Under the pieces are notes generated by a model. That model did not search any database and was not told where the DNA came from. It worked only from the letters and a program-made list of their open reading frames with translations. A program made the translations under genes and the position numbers. A stretch of DNA of 64,000 nt from a virus: positions 1,258 to 65,257 of IMG/VR virus record IMGVR_UViG_3300000095_000002; one strand, 5' to 3'. Numbering within the stretch: position 1 is the stretch's first letter; each line of letters opens with the position of its first letter. This document shows, in pieces, positions 19,797 to 31,500 of the stretch.

Positions 19797-20558
19797 ATGA
19801 TAACTGAAAGATTATACTCAACCTTCGTAGGTGTTCAAGAACTTAAAATGCGAAGGTATAGAGATGGTTTAATTTATCACTTACCTACTCCAATGAATAT
19901 GGTTGTAGAACCGGGTAAAAATGAACGAGTATTGATGGGTCGAAACAGATTAGGTCGCAGAGTTGAAGTAGCAAGCTTTATTGATGGTGAAAATCCTGTA
20001 CTCAATCTATCTTATGGGGTTGTTCAACCAGAATTACTTCAATTTAGATTAGGAAATTATTTTGAAAGTAAAACTCAAGAATTAAAACTTCCTGTTACTT
20101 TTGATTTAGGTGAAGGTGGTACATTTCCAGCAGTTACAGCTCCTTCTTTAGGTCACTCTATTATTGCAGGGGCAGATGCTGAAGCTTCTATTAAACGTCC
20201 AGACGGAAGCTCTATGTCTCTTGTTGAAGGTACTGATTTTACTATTGGTGCTAGTGGAATGGTAACTTTTAGTGCAGCTCTTGTTGCAGCGAAAGAGACT
20301 GTATCAATGTTAATTCCATATACTGTCACTGGTTTAGGTATTGGGAGTGAATTAATTGGTAGACATGAAGTGGTAGCGACCATTCTAGATAGTGAAGGAT
20401 GGGTTTGGTTCTTCCATGCTCCTAACGCTAAACCTTCTGCTGCTGGCGGTTCTATTGATTTCTCTGCTGAATCATTTGACTTACAATTAAAACTACAAAA
20501 TGCTGGGGGATGTCAACCTTTCACTTTAATTAAGAGTTCAGATAGAGTTTCTTGTTAA
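19797..20558 (+). CDS. Major tail tube protein
   Basis: Beta-rich, 253 aa, upstream of the chaperone and tape measure genes, followed by a terminator. No sheath gene is recognisable. Confidence 0.7.
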   Translation: MITERLYSTFVGVQELKMRRYRDGLIYHLPTPMNMVVEPGKNERVLMGRNRLGRRVEVASFIDGENPVLNLSYGVVQPELLQFRLGNYFESKTQELKLPVTFDLGEGGTFPAVTAPSLGHSIIAGADAEASIKRPDGSSMSLVEGTDFTIGASGMVTFSAALVAAKETVSMLIPYTVTGLGIGSELIGRHEVVATILDSEGWVWFFHAPNAKPSAAGGSIDFSAESFDLQLKLQNAGGCQPFTLIKSSDRVSC

Positions 20559-20583
20559 TTAAGTATCTAATACTATAGAATTT

Positions 20584-20619
20584 AAGAGGTCTACTTATTC
20601 ACTAGGTAAACCTCTTTTT
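20584..20619 (+). terminator. Rho-independent terminator
   Basis: AAGAGGT...ACCTCTT stem followed by a T-run. Confidence 0.65.
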
Positions 20620-20620
20620 A

Positions 20621-20794
20621 CTATTTATCTTCTTTATTTAAGTGTTCTCTCGCTTTGTCTAGAGATTTTTGTATTTTTTCTTTTACTATATTAGTTTTAT
20701 TTTCTCTATCACTTCTTATATTGTCTTTCATTTCTTCTATAGCTTCTTTATCTTCTTTACTTAAAAAACCATCAGGATTAGTGGGATGCACCAT
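20621..20794 (-). CDS. Small hypothetical protein, 57 aa (not in the ORF track)
   Basis: Translated by hand as MVHPTNPDGFLSKEDKEAIEEMKDNIRSDRENKTNIVKEKIQKSLDKAREHLNKEDK. It fills the gap after 20804. Confidence 0.55.
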   Translation of the reverse strand: MVHPTNPDGFLSKEDKEAIEEMKDNIRSDRENKTNIVKEKIQKSLDKAREHLNKEDK

Positions 20795-20803
20795 GTTATA
20801 TAA

Positions 20804-21253
20804 TTAAATACCTAACTTAAGACTTGCTATAAGAGAAACTACTCCACAAGACCAAGAAAATATAGCAAAATCAACTACTTGCATTAAGTCTAGATGAAGA
20901 GTATTGAAATCTAAGATAAATAAAAGATAAACAATATAACCTCCCCAACATCCTTTACAAAATGAACAAGAATTTAATTGATAGACAACATTATATAATC
21001 TCTCCCATATAGAACAGAAATTGTTATCTTCTGTATCTTCTTTGTTATTAGGTAAGTAAATATATAAGTTATCTTTCTTTATAGTTTTTTTATTAGAGAT
21101 TTTATTTAGTTCTATAGCTAAATCTTTCTTTTCTTTTAGTTTATCTAAGATAAGATTCCAAAAATATCTTGGAACTTTATAATCAAATAATACTATTCTT
21201 AAAGTCACAGCATATATATAAAGTAATGCTATATTAGTTACATAATCATTCAT
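20804..21253 (-). CDS. Membrane protein with CxxC motif (DUF1360-like)
   Basis: Three hydrophobic segments and LNSCSFCKGCWGG. Confidence 0.55.
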   Translation of the reverse strand: MNDYVTNIALLYIYAVTLRIVLFDYKVPRYFWNLILDKLKEKKDLAIELNKISNKKTIKKDNLYIYLPNNKEDTEDNNFCSIWERLYNVVYQLNSCSFCKGCWGGYIVYLLFILDFNTLHLDLMQVVDFAIFSWSCGVVSLIASLKLGI

Positions 21254-21267
21254 ATAAATTAAACTCC

Positions 21268-21744
21268 ATGAAGAATTTCAAAGTCAAAGTACACTCCTAT
21301 AATAGCGAAAAAGATACGTATGAGGTAGAGAAAATATATATCATACAAAGAGTCGTTAGATCTGAATTAGATACATTAGTAGAACTCCAGAAAGAACTCT
21401 TACTTAAATTCGTAGAAGTCGATACTAATATTGGTGAGTTAGTAAGAAATAACGAAACTTGGGAGTTAATGAAAACTCTAGCTAAAAATCTAAATGTTCT
21501 AGGACAAAAAGACAAAGGTTTTGATTTAGAAGAGATTTCTGATGACTTAGAACAAATTTGTCAAATGTTCTTCACTCAAAGTATGAATCAAGATGGAGAA
21601 TATGAAGATGTACTAGATGGTGGATGGAAACCTTCTCTTATAGCTGAATTACATCAATTAGATTTTCCTTTTTATTTGAGGGAAGGAGTAAAAAAGAATC
21701 AAGAGAACAAGGAACGTCTAGTGAAAGAAATAGAAAAAAGTTAG
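21268..21744 (+). CDS. Tail assembly chaperone (gpG-type)
   Basis: Acidic protein between the tail tube and tape measure genes, containing a slippery site. Confidence 0.7.
   Translation: MKNFKVKVHSYNSEKDTYEVEKIYIIQRVVRSELDTLVELQKELLLKFVEVDTNIGELVRNNETWELMKTLAKNLNVLGQKDKGFDLEEISDDLEQICQMFFTQSMNQDGEYEDVLDGGWKPSLIAELHQLDFPFYLREGVKKNQENKERLVKEIEKS
21690..21696 (+). other. -1 programmed frameshift heptamer A_AAA_AAG
   Basis: In-frame GTA AAA AAG; the -1 frame is open from 21648 to 22055; SD-like GAGGGAAGGAG lies just upstream. Confidence 0.65.
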
Positions 21745-21803
21745 CAGCTCCAATTCCTAGTAGTGGAAACGGAGATATTGATCAATTAGCTTTCTTACTA
21801 GAG

Positions 21804-22055
21804 ATGTATAAAGACTATCCTATAAATCCAGTAACAGACTTATGGGAAAAGTTAGATAACATATCTCTAGATTTACTTATTAACCAAACATTAGAACATC
21901 ATAAACCTCAAGAAGAACGAGATAAAGAATTAGCACAAGAACTTTATAACAAGCTTAAAGAAGAGAAAGACTTAACTTCTAACTTACCTATTAATGGAAA
22001 AGTTATATCTGCTAAAGACTTTATGATGTTTAAACACGACTCAATACCGGAATAA
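21804..22055 (+). CDS. C-terminal (gpT-type) part of the tail assembly chaperone, probably made as a frameshift fusion
   Basis: It is in the -1 frame relative to 21268 and open upstream to 21648. Confidence 0.65.
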   Translation: MYKDYPINPVTDLWEKLDNISLDLLINQTLEHHKPQEERDKELAQELYNKLKEEKDLTSNLPINGKVISAKDFMMFKHDSIPE

Positions 22056-22056
22056 G

Positions 22057-22596
22057 ATGAAAAACAGAATAGAATTTGCTAGTAGATGGAAGAGAGAACT
22101 TTATCCTGATAGTATTGCTGAAGGAAAAGAGGCTGCCTATGATATAAGTCGAAGATTAAAAAGAGGGAGGTCTTTAGAAAGTGCAAAACAAAGCAGTTGG
22201 CTTGAAATAGATAGCGGAAAAAATAGTTCTAAAAACGCTAAAAAATCACTAGAAGATCGAGTAAAAAACTCTAAAAATAAAAGTAGTTTTACTAAAAAAC
22301 CACTGAAAGAATCATTGGCAGATAAGAAAAGAAAACTATTAAATGACATAAATAAAGGACTAGATGAAGCTAAAGAAGATATAAAAAATAAACCTCCTAG
22401 ACCAAAACCAAATGTTAAATATAAACCTTTACCAAAAAAACCTAGTAGAGTTAGTCAATTAGGTAAGTCACTACTTAAGAATAAGGGTAAGTTAGCATTA
22501 TTAGCAGGAGCAGGAACTCTTGGAGCTATAGGGTATAAACTCTATAGAAAAGCTAGGTCGGACAAAGGTAAGAAACGAAGATTTTATAATAAATAA
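22057..22596 (+). CDS. Basic protein with a Gly/Ala hydrophobic helix (same family)
   Basis: KNKGKLALLAGAGTLGAIGYKLYRKARSDKGKKR. Confidence 0.7.
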   Translation: MKNRIEFASRWKRELYPDSIAEGKEAAYDISRRLKRGRSLESAKQSSWLEIDSGKNSSKNAKKSLEDRVKNSKNKSSFTKKPLKESLADKKRKLLNDINKGLDEAKEDIKNKPPRPKPNVKYKPLPKKPSRVSQLGKSLLKNKGKLALLAGAGTLGAIGYKLYRKARSDKGKKRRFYNK

Positions 22597-22598
22597 TT

Positions 22599-25500
22599 AT
22601 GGATACTGCGAGTAATATTAAATTTAATGTAGAAGGAGATGATAAGTTTTCTCAATTTCTAGAGAAGACTCAAACTTCCCTCAAAAATCTAAATGAAAAA
22701 TCTCTTAAATTCTTTAATGAAAATCTTAAAGATGTAACTAAAAATCTACGTGGAAAACAATCTGCGGTAGAGAAATTAGTAGGAGAATATAGCAATATGA
22801 CTAAAAGTAGTGAAGGTCTTGCTACTTCTACTGCTAAATTAGGTAAGTCAGTTACTCTTTTAGGAGCAGCTTTTGGTGCATTAAATAATATAAGTATTGC
22901 TCAAAGTGTCTTTAAAACAATAGGTAAAGGATTCTCAGGCATTCTCGACTCTATTGCTATGACCAACACTGGTATAAATGCTATGGCAGCTAGTGGATTT
23001 GATGGTACACCTCTAATGAACTCTTTTAATGAGATAGGAGCTGTCTTATCAGGTAATCAAGAAGCGATAGATAATTTTACTGCCAGAGCTACTGGAGCGT
23101 TTAACCAATTTGAACAAAAATTAAATGAAGTTAATATTATCTTCGGTTTATCTCAAGAAAGATTGAGTGAATATGGACAAGCATTACAAGATGGATTAGA
23201 GAAGAATCTTAAAAATAGTGTTTCATCTTTAACTGCATTAGAAGCTGCGTATCAAGCTGCGTCTGCCGGATTTACTGAATTTCAAGAGAACCAGAAAGTA
23301 GTTGAGTTAGCAGTTAAAACTAATAAAGCTGCTCCTGGTAGTAATCTTTATTCGGTAGGTGGAGCTATTGGTAAAACTTCAGGTATTTTAGGTACAAAAG
23401 ATATCGCAGAGTTAGAGTTAGTAGCAGCTAAAGCCGTTAAAGCAGAAGCAGATGGTATGGCGACTCTAGCAGAAATGAACGATTACTTGCCTGATATGTA
23501 CTCTTCATTAAAAAATGCGGGTATTGGAGTAAGCGATTTAGTAGACCAGACACAAGGTTTAGTAGTTGCGTTTACCAAGTTAGGTGCTAAAGTTCCAGAA
23601 ATTACTACTCAAATGGAAGCTTTTAGTAGAAATACTATTAGTAAAACTCCTGAAGCTCAGAAAGCATTAGAAGGTTTAGTAGATGCACAAGGTAAAGCTA
23701 TAACTCTCAATCAACAATATTTTAAAGAAAAAGGTATTGTTCAAGGGATTCAAGATTTTGCGGAAGCAGTAGGTTATAACACTGAGAAGATTAAAGCTGT
23801 GTATAACGAAACTAACTCTTTTGCTTTTGCAATGAAAGTCTTAGCTCAAAACGGTAAATTAGCTAGAGACTCAATTCAAGGCATTAGTGAAGTTACTTCA
23901 GATAGTCTTACCAATGCTTTTGATACTGCAACTTCTTCTTCTCAAGCTAAAATGGCCCAAATTACTCAATCTTATGATGAGATAATGATTTCTTTTGGTA
24001 GAGCATTCCAAGAGAGAAGTAAGGAAGGTGTCAATTCTATTGAGTGGTATAAAGAAGTATTAGTTACTTTTAAAGAACCTTTAATTAATTTAGCGAAAAG
24101 TTCAGTTACATTCTTTGATAATCTAAATAAAGTGACAGGCGTATTAGGCTCTGTCGCTAAGATGGTAGCAGGAATAGCTGGGACAATACTTAGCTTTAGA
24201 GCTTTTAATTTAGTTTTAGGTGGGATTACTAACGGATTTAAAGATTTAAGGAAAGAGTCAGGAATTATCCAAGACTTATATAAATCTAAAACTGGATTAT
24301 TATCTATTGGTAAACAAGTCTTAGGTATAGATCAACAGCATTTACTAAATCAAGACCGTATTAATAAAGCGATTAAAAATTCTACTTCATTAGAAACTGC
24401 TTTAAAAGAAAATATAGATAAAACTTCTAGTAGTAGGCTTTCTTCATTAGTCGGAGTTAGACAAGAGATAGACTCTATAGTTCAAAGAGATAAAGCTGTT
24501 GTTGCTAGCCAGAAAAATATTGAAAAACTCCAAGAGAAAGTAAATCAAAAGAAAGAAGTTAGCACTAAAGGTCAGCAAGATATTACTGCTACTGAAAATA
24601 GAATATCTACTTTAAGTAATATTCAAGAGAAAGCTAGAGCGGCATTAATAGACGATAAAGAAAATGTTGCTAGATTTAAACGTCTTAACGAGTTAGAAGT
24701 TAAAGAAGCAGCAATTAGACAAAGAAATTTAGGAAATCTTGAATTAGGTTCTTTAGCTCAAATTAATCGTGAGAAGTTGAAGCTACAAAATTCTTATACT
24801 ACAACTACTTTACGTAAAGTACAAGAATTAGAAAATCAGAAGACTGCTCTAATCAATAAAGCAGAACTAACTAGAGACGACAAACAAAAAGTCAGAAGCT
24901 TAGTCAGAGAACAAAATGCTCTTAAACGTGAAGATAGAGATAAAGATAGAACTCCTCTTACTTCTGATGCAAAAACTAAATTACAAGAAACTCAAGCTAA
25001 TGTTACTCAAAAGTTAAGAGAAGAAGAGTTAATTTTAGACTCACAAAGAGAAAAACAAGCAGTAACAAATAATAAATTAGTTCAAGAATCTACTAAATTA
25101 GAAGCTGCTAAAGCTCAACAATTAGAAAGGACTAATAGATTAACTCGTACTACAACTGAATTACTAACGTTACAACAAGATTTAAACCAAAAGAAAAATA
25201 GTTTAGATCGTGTAAATTCTGCTGTAGCTACCCAACAAGAGCGTTTCTATCAGACTCAAAATGCTTTACGTAGAGAAGAAGCAAATTTAAATAAGATTAG
25301 AAATAAAGATTCTGCTGAATATCAAAAGCAATTAGCAGTAGTACAACAATTACAGACTAAAGAAGCTACTTTACAAGAAAGTTTAAATAGAGCAAAAAAT
25401 ATCCAAGCTGAATCTCAACGTAAATTCAATCAAACTGACTTTGATACTAGAAGGAAACTAATTCAACTTACTAGAGATCAAGGTTTGGCAGATGGTTCAC

Positions 25501-28500
25501 TAATAGAAATGAGAACTAGGTCTGGTACTGTAGCTTTAAAGAATAACGTAATTAATAGAGCATTAGTAGCCACTACCGAAGGTTATGGTAAAGCTATCAA
25601 TTCTCTTAAAAATCCTACTCAATCTTTAACTAATATTCAAGATGTTTTAAGAAATAAGTTTATAGACTTAAGAACTGGTATTAGCCAAGTATCTACCGAT
25701 GGAGCTAGAAGTCTAACTGCTTTTTCTACTGTTGCTAAAGCTAAATTCGCTGAAATTGCTATTGGCGCTCAATTATTTGGTGAGGCTATTAAAGGTGCGT
25801 TAATCTCTAGTGGTATTGGATTGATAGTAGCTGCAATAGTAGGTCTTGGAGCTAAGATGATTCAGTTAGTTGGAGATTCTAAGAAACTAGACAATACTTA
25901 TAAAGACTTTAATACTACTCTAGAAGCTTCTGCTACTAAATTTGATAGAGCTAATATCTCATTTGAAAAAGGTTCTCAAGGTATTAGTAAATTCAATGAT
26001 AAGATAGAAAATTCTAAAAAATTATTTGGAGAATTAGAACCTAGCGCATGGGAACAAATTGGAAATACTATTGGTGGAGCAGTTAAAACAATATTTAACT
26101 TTGATAAAGCTGTAGTAAAAACACTTACTAACATTGTCACTTTTGGTCAAGCTTCTAAAGTATTTAAATTCTTTGGAGATGGATTAAAAGCGGTTTGGAA
26201 TAGTTTTTCTGACGCAGACTTTATTAAACGAGCTGAAAAGATGACTCGTATATCAGATTTTATACAAGATTATGAAGTAGCTCTTAGAGGTCAAAATAAA
26301 GAATTAGCAAACGGTAATCTATTAACTGAAACTTCTAACCAAAAGATCAAAGCTAAAATGATCCTTACTGGAGAAGATTTAGAGAGAGAGAAAGGTGCTA
26401 ATAAAGCTCGAATTAATTCTTTCACTGAAATGGTAGATATCCAAAAGAAAGAGTTAGAGGAACTTAAAGGTAAAGGAGATAAATTAACTGATAGAGATAA
26501 AGCTCAGATTAGCATTCTAGAAGCTGAAATCTCAAGAAGAGAGAAAGTAATAGAAGTTAGTAAAAAGCAATTTGATGATCAACTAAAGTATTATGAAGCT
26601 CGTAATCTTCTATTAGATAGAGAGAATAAGTTTAGTAATACACAAGTTTCGTTAGAAGAGATCAAAGGATTACAAGATGAAGTAAATAAATCTCAATCTA
26701 CTTTAAACGCAAATATTAGTTCAGGATTAGATATTTACTCTAGTTCTATTAAAGATTCTCAAGCTAAATCTAAACAATTTTTATCTGATTTGAAAGATGG
26801 AAGTTTAAGTGTTAAAGCTACTCTTAAAGATCTTGGTGGTGAAATTTATAAGGTTGGTGAAGATGGTAAAGTCATTAGTCAACTTCCTGAAGATGTTCTT
26901 AAATCTATTGAAACTACTTTAAAAGGTAAAGAGATAGATGGCAAGAAATATTCTTTAGAACAGGTACTTAACCTTAAAGAAACTAGAGATGCGTTAACCA
27001 AAGCTGGAGTAGAAATTCCTAAAGACTTAAGTGTATTAGCCGATAAAATGAAAGCTAGTTATAAAGCTTCTGAAGGAGAACTTCAATTAATTAATCTAAA
27101 AGAACTAGAAAAAGATTTATCCAACTTCTCTACTTTATCTGATAAATACCAAGAAAAGAAAAGGCAGTTCTTATCGACTACTAAAGATGATATTGGAGCT
27201 ACAACTTTCTCTACCTCAATTAAAAAGTCTTTAAGGTTAGCAGAAACAGATCTACAAGGCTTTCTAAACGCTCTAGATGCGTCTTCTAAAGGTGCAAATA
27301 AGTTCATTACTGCGTCTACCCAAAAGTTTACTAGACAAGCTTTAGAAGGAACGTTAAACCTTACTGAAGGGTTAAAAGAGCTAGGTAAAGTAGAAAGTGA
27401 AATTGAATCAAAACAATTAGAAAAACTTAAAACATCTATCACTGGTAAAAATAAAGATGAGATTTTAGCTGCTCTTAAAGAGATTGGAGTAGAAACTGAG
27501 AAGACGTTAACAGCAGAATCAATTGACTTTAATAAATTTGAAGAAAATATCGGAACTTTTGTTGAAGGGCTAAATGCTGTAGCTGAATCAGGAGAACAAA
27601 GTAATGAAGAAATAGCTAAGAAGTTCGAGTCTTTCTATAATCAAATGAAAGGCAAGGTAACTCCTGCTGCTTACAAAACTTTAACTGAAACTCTTATTGG
27701 TTATGAAAAAGCTGCTAGCGAACAAAGAATAAGTAATATAACTTTGGAAACTAACGCTTTAGAACAACAGAAGAAATATGGTTTAGTGTTAGAAGCTGAT
27801 TATATCAAAGAGATTAACGCTCTTAACATTCAAACTACTGAAGAAAATATAAAAAACAAGCAAGTAGAACTTAAAAGATTACTTTCACTATATAAAGAAT
27901 CAGCTCCTCAAGTAGCAAAAGCTAAAGCTGAATTAGAATCTTTAGAGTTAGACCTTAAAGGTAAGAAATCTAATAATCCTGTAGAAATTGCTCAAGCTGA
28001 GAGTAAAGCTAAATTCGATATTCTTAAGAAAGATTTAGAGTTAGGTAAAGTAACTAGGAGACAATATATAGAAGAAGAACTTAAAGATTCTCAACTTCTA
28101 TATCAAACTCAATTAAGTGAAAAACAAAAGACTTTATCTGAATTAATGAAAGATGAGGTTAAAAATGCTAAAGCTATAAAAGCTCTTAGAAAATCGATGG
28201 AGTCTGATGAAAAAGATTTCAATCTAAATATCTTAGAGATTAATAGGAGAAGAATAGAAGAACAATTTAAAATTCAGACTAATGCTTTAAGCAGAAGAGA
28301 ATTAGAAGCTAGAGAAAACTCTCTCAATGGAAATACTAAAGAAGAATTAGAATCTATTAGAAAACTAGAAACTGATAAGATTAATCTCAATATCAAAACT
28401 TTAGAGTCTAGATTAGCAGTAGAAAAGCAAGGAAGTGAAAAGTTCTTAGAAATAGAGAAACAATTATTAGAAGCTCAATTATCTCTTAGAGAAACTCAAG

Positions 28501-31500
28501 TTAAACAATCTAAAGATAGAACTAATGAGGAAATCGAGAGAAAGAAAAATGAGTTATCTACTATTGCAGCTCTAGAAGAAAGAAATAATCTAAATGGTAC
28601 TACTAACAAAAACTTAGAAAATACTAGACAACTAAGAGAGAAAGAAATTCAATTATCTATTGATTCTATCAACTCTCAAATTGCTTTGACTGAAAAAGGA
28701 AGTAAGGAACGATTAGCTTTAGAGCAACAATTAATCTTAGAAGTTAATAAGTTACAGAAAACTCAGTTAGATAACCAAAAAGAAAGATTAGAACAATCTC
28801 TAGAAGATAGAAGAAAAAAATTAGAAGCTAGACAAATTGATTTAGAAAAGGCTTCTATTAGAGGAACTACTGAACAAGACATTGAAGCTACTAGAAAACT
28901 AAAAGAAGAAGAAATTACTTCTACTATTGAATCTCTCAAACAGAGGTCTTCTCTGTATAAAGAAGGTAGTAAAGAAAGAATTGCTCTTGAACAAGAAATA
29001 GCTAAAGAAACTCTTAAGTTAGATAAACAAGTCTATGAAAATCAAAAGTCTAGATTACAAACTCAAATAGATAATAAGAAGAAAGCTTTTAGAGATACAC
29101 AACTTCAATTAGAGAAGTTAATGGTACTTGGGACTTCTACTGAAGATTCTAAGAAAGTTCGTGCTGCTAAAGAAGAAGAAATTCAAATCACTATTGAAGG
29201 TATCAAGAAAGAAATTAATCTAACTAAAGAAGGAAGCACTCAAAGAAAAGATTTAGAACGTTCATTAAGAGAAGAACTCTTAAAGTTAGACAAACAAAGA
29301 ATAGCTAATAAGAGAGAATTTATAGATGAAGAGATATCTCTAGAAAAAACTAAGATTACTAAAATTCAGTCTTTATTGGAACGTTCAACTATCGGAGGAA
29401 CTTTTGAAAAAGATTTAGAGAAGATTCGTGAGCTAAAAGAAAAAGAAACTCAGATTACTATTAACTCTATTCAAAAACAGTTAGCTACTTATAAGGGAAA
29501 TGCTAAAGAACGTCTTGCTCTAGAAGCTCAATTAACTCAGGAAATTACTAAACTACAAAAGATTCAATTTGGTAATAAAGAAGAGAAACTAAAATCTCAG
29601 TTGGAAGACGCAAAGAACAAGTTAGATAAGCAAATTGCATTAAAAGAGTCTAGCTTAATTAATGGTGCAACAGAACAAGAACTCAAAATAGTAGAAGAAG
29701 CAAAGATAAAAGAAACTCAATTTACTATTGATTCTATCAGGAAGCAGATAAATCTCTATAAAGTTGGTAGTAAAGAACGTCTTGCTCTAGAAGCTAATTT
29801 ACAGAGAGAAATCAATAATCTTAGAAAACAAACATTAGATAAAGAGAAGAACTTAATTCAAAATACTCTAGAGTTTAAGAAAACTAAGATTGATATTACA
29901 AATATCGAGTTAGAAAAGAAACTTCTTAGAGGAGATATTGATAGAGAAAGTTTTGAAGATAAGTTAACTGCTTCATCTCAGAAAGTTAATCTCTTACAAC
30001 AAGACGCATTTACCAAGCAACTTAAACTATATCAAAAAGGTAGTAAAGAATATTTAGAGATACTCAAAAATTTATCTCAATTACAAGTTGATTATCAAAA
30101 ATCTGTAGTAGATAAAGCTATTAGAAATATTGATAGAATTACTAAATCTCAGAATAATTCGATAGAAGCACAAAAAATCTCTATTACTAATCAACTAAGT
30201 TCTAGTGATTCACTTACTAAAGAAATTCAAGAGCAAATTAAACTTGAAGATTCTAGAAGTTCTGTAATTAAAGCTACCTCAGATTATCAAGTAGGACTAT
30301 TAGAGTTAACTAAAAGATCTACAGGAGATATTGAGAAGAGAGCTGAGATTGATGTACAAATTGCTGAACTAAAACAAAAAGCTCTATTAGAAAGTCAAGA
30401 GATTGAGATTAATAGTATAGAGAACAATGCGTTAATTAATGAAGCTGCTTTAGAAAGAGAGAAAATTCAAATATCTCTCAATAGATTGGAGTTAGACAGA
30501 AATAAAATTCAGACTGAAGCAGAACTAAGAAAAGCTAGATTGAATAAGTTAGATTCTGAGTCTATTAATGCACTTCAATTACAGTTAGACTCTATTAACA
30601 ATCAATATGACGCTCTTGGTAGAAGTGAGAACTTAATCTCTACTCAAATAGCTAATCAAGCTGAGATTAGTAGAAATCAGTTAAAAGTAATTAAACAGCA
30701 ACAAGATTTAGCTCAAAAGAATTCTGCGTTAGACGTAGAGCAAGCTAAGCAAAACGTTATTATCGCAGGTTACGAAAAGCAGTTATCTCAACTAAAAGCT
30801 AAAGGTGATTTAATACAAGCTAACGTAAATAAAGAGAAAGTTATAGGAGATTTATTAACTAAAGCTTATGACGCTCAAATTGCGTTACTAAATAGTAGAA
30901 AAGAATTGATGGACTCAACTTTAAGTTCTATTGATTCTCTATATAGTATTGAACAATCAATGGCGAAATCCGACTTAACTAAAGATAAATTAGCTAAAGA
31001 ACAAGCTAAAGATAAACTGACTTATCTAGAATTTCAACAAAAAGTTGAGAATGAAAGCTTCAATCTAGAAAAAGCTAAAAATAAGATAGTTAGAGAAAGA
31101 CAAAAAGTTGAATTAACAATCGCAGAGTTAAATGCTAAACAAGCTCTTGCAATGTCTAAAGCTGAAGAAGCTAGAACTAATGCTCGTAAAGATGCTACTA
31201 ATGAAGAGAAGTTAGCAGCTAAATTAGCAGTAGAAGCAGCAGAACAAGGTATTATTGCAGCTAAAGCTAATAGGGACATTAATCTAGAACTTATAAAAGT
31301 AGAAGAACAATCAGAAAAGAACAAAGAAGTAATTAATGCTCGTAATCAAAGAAATCAAAGACTACAAGCTGAACAATCTCTTGCATCTTTAACTTCTAAT
31401 ACTACTGATGATAGAGAAGTAAAAGGAAAAGCACAAGAGTATAGAGAACTTGATGAGAGAAGTATTAGTAATACATTAAAATCTACTTCTAACTTAAATA

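Noticed and set aside
28230-30110. CRISPR array or mobile repeat
   Set aside because: The 267-bp periodicity is a degenerate coding repeat inside the tape measure gene, with no identical short repeats separated by spacers.
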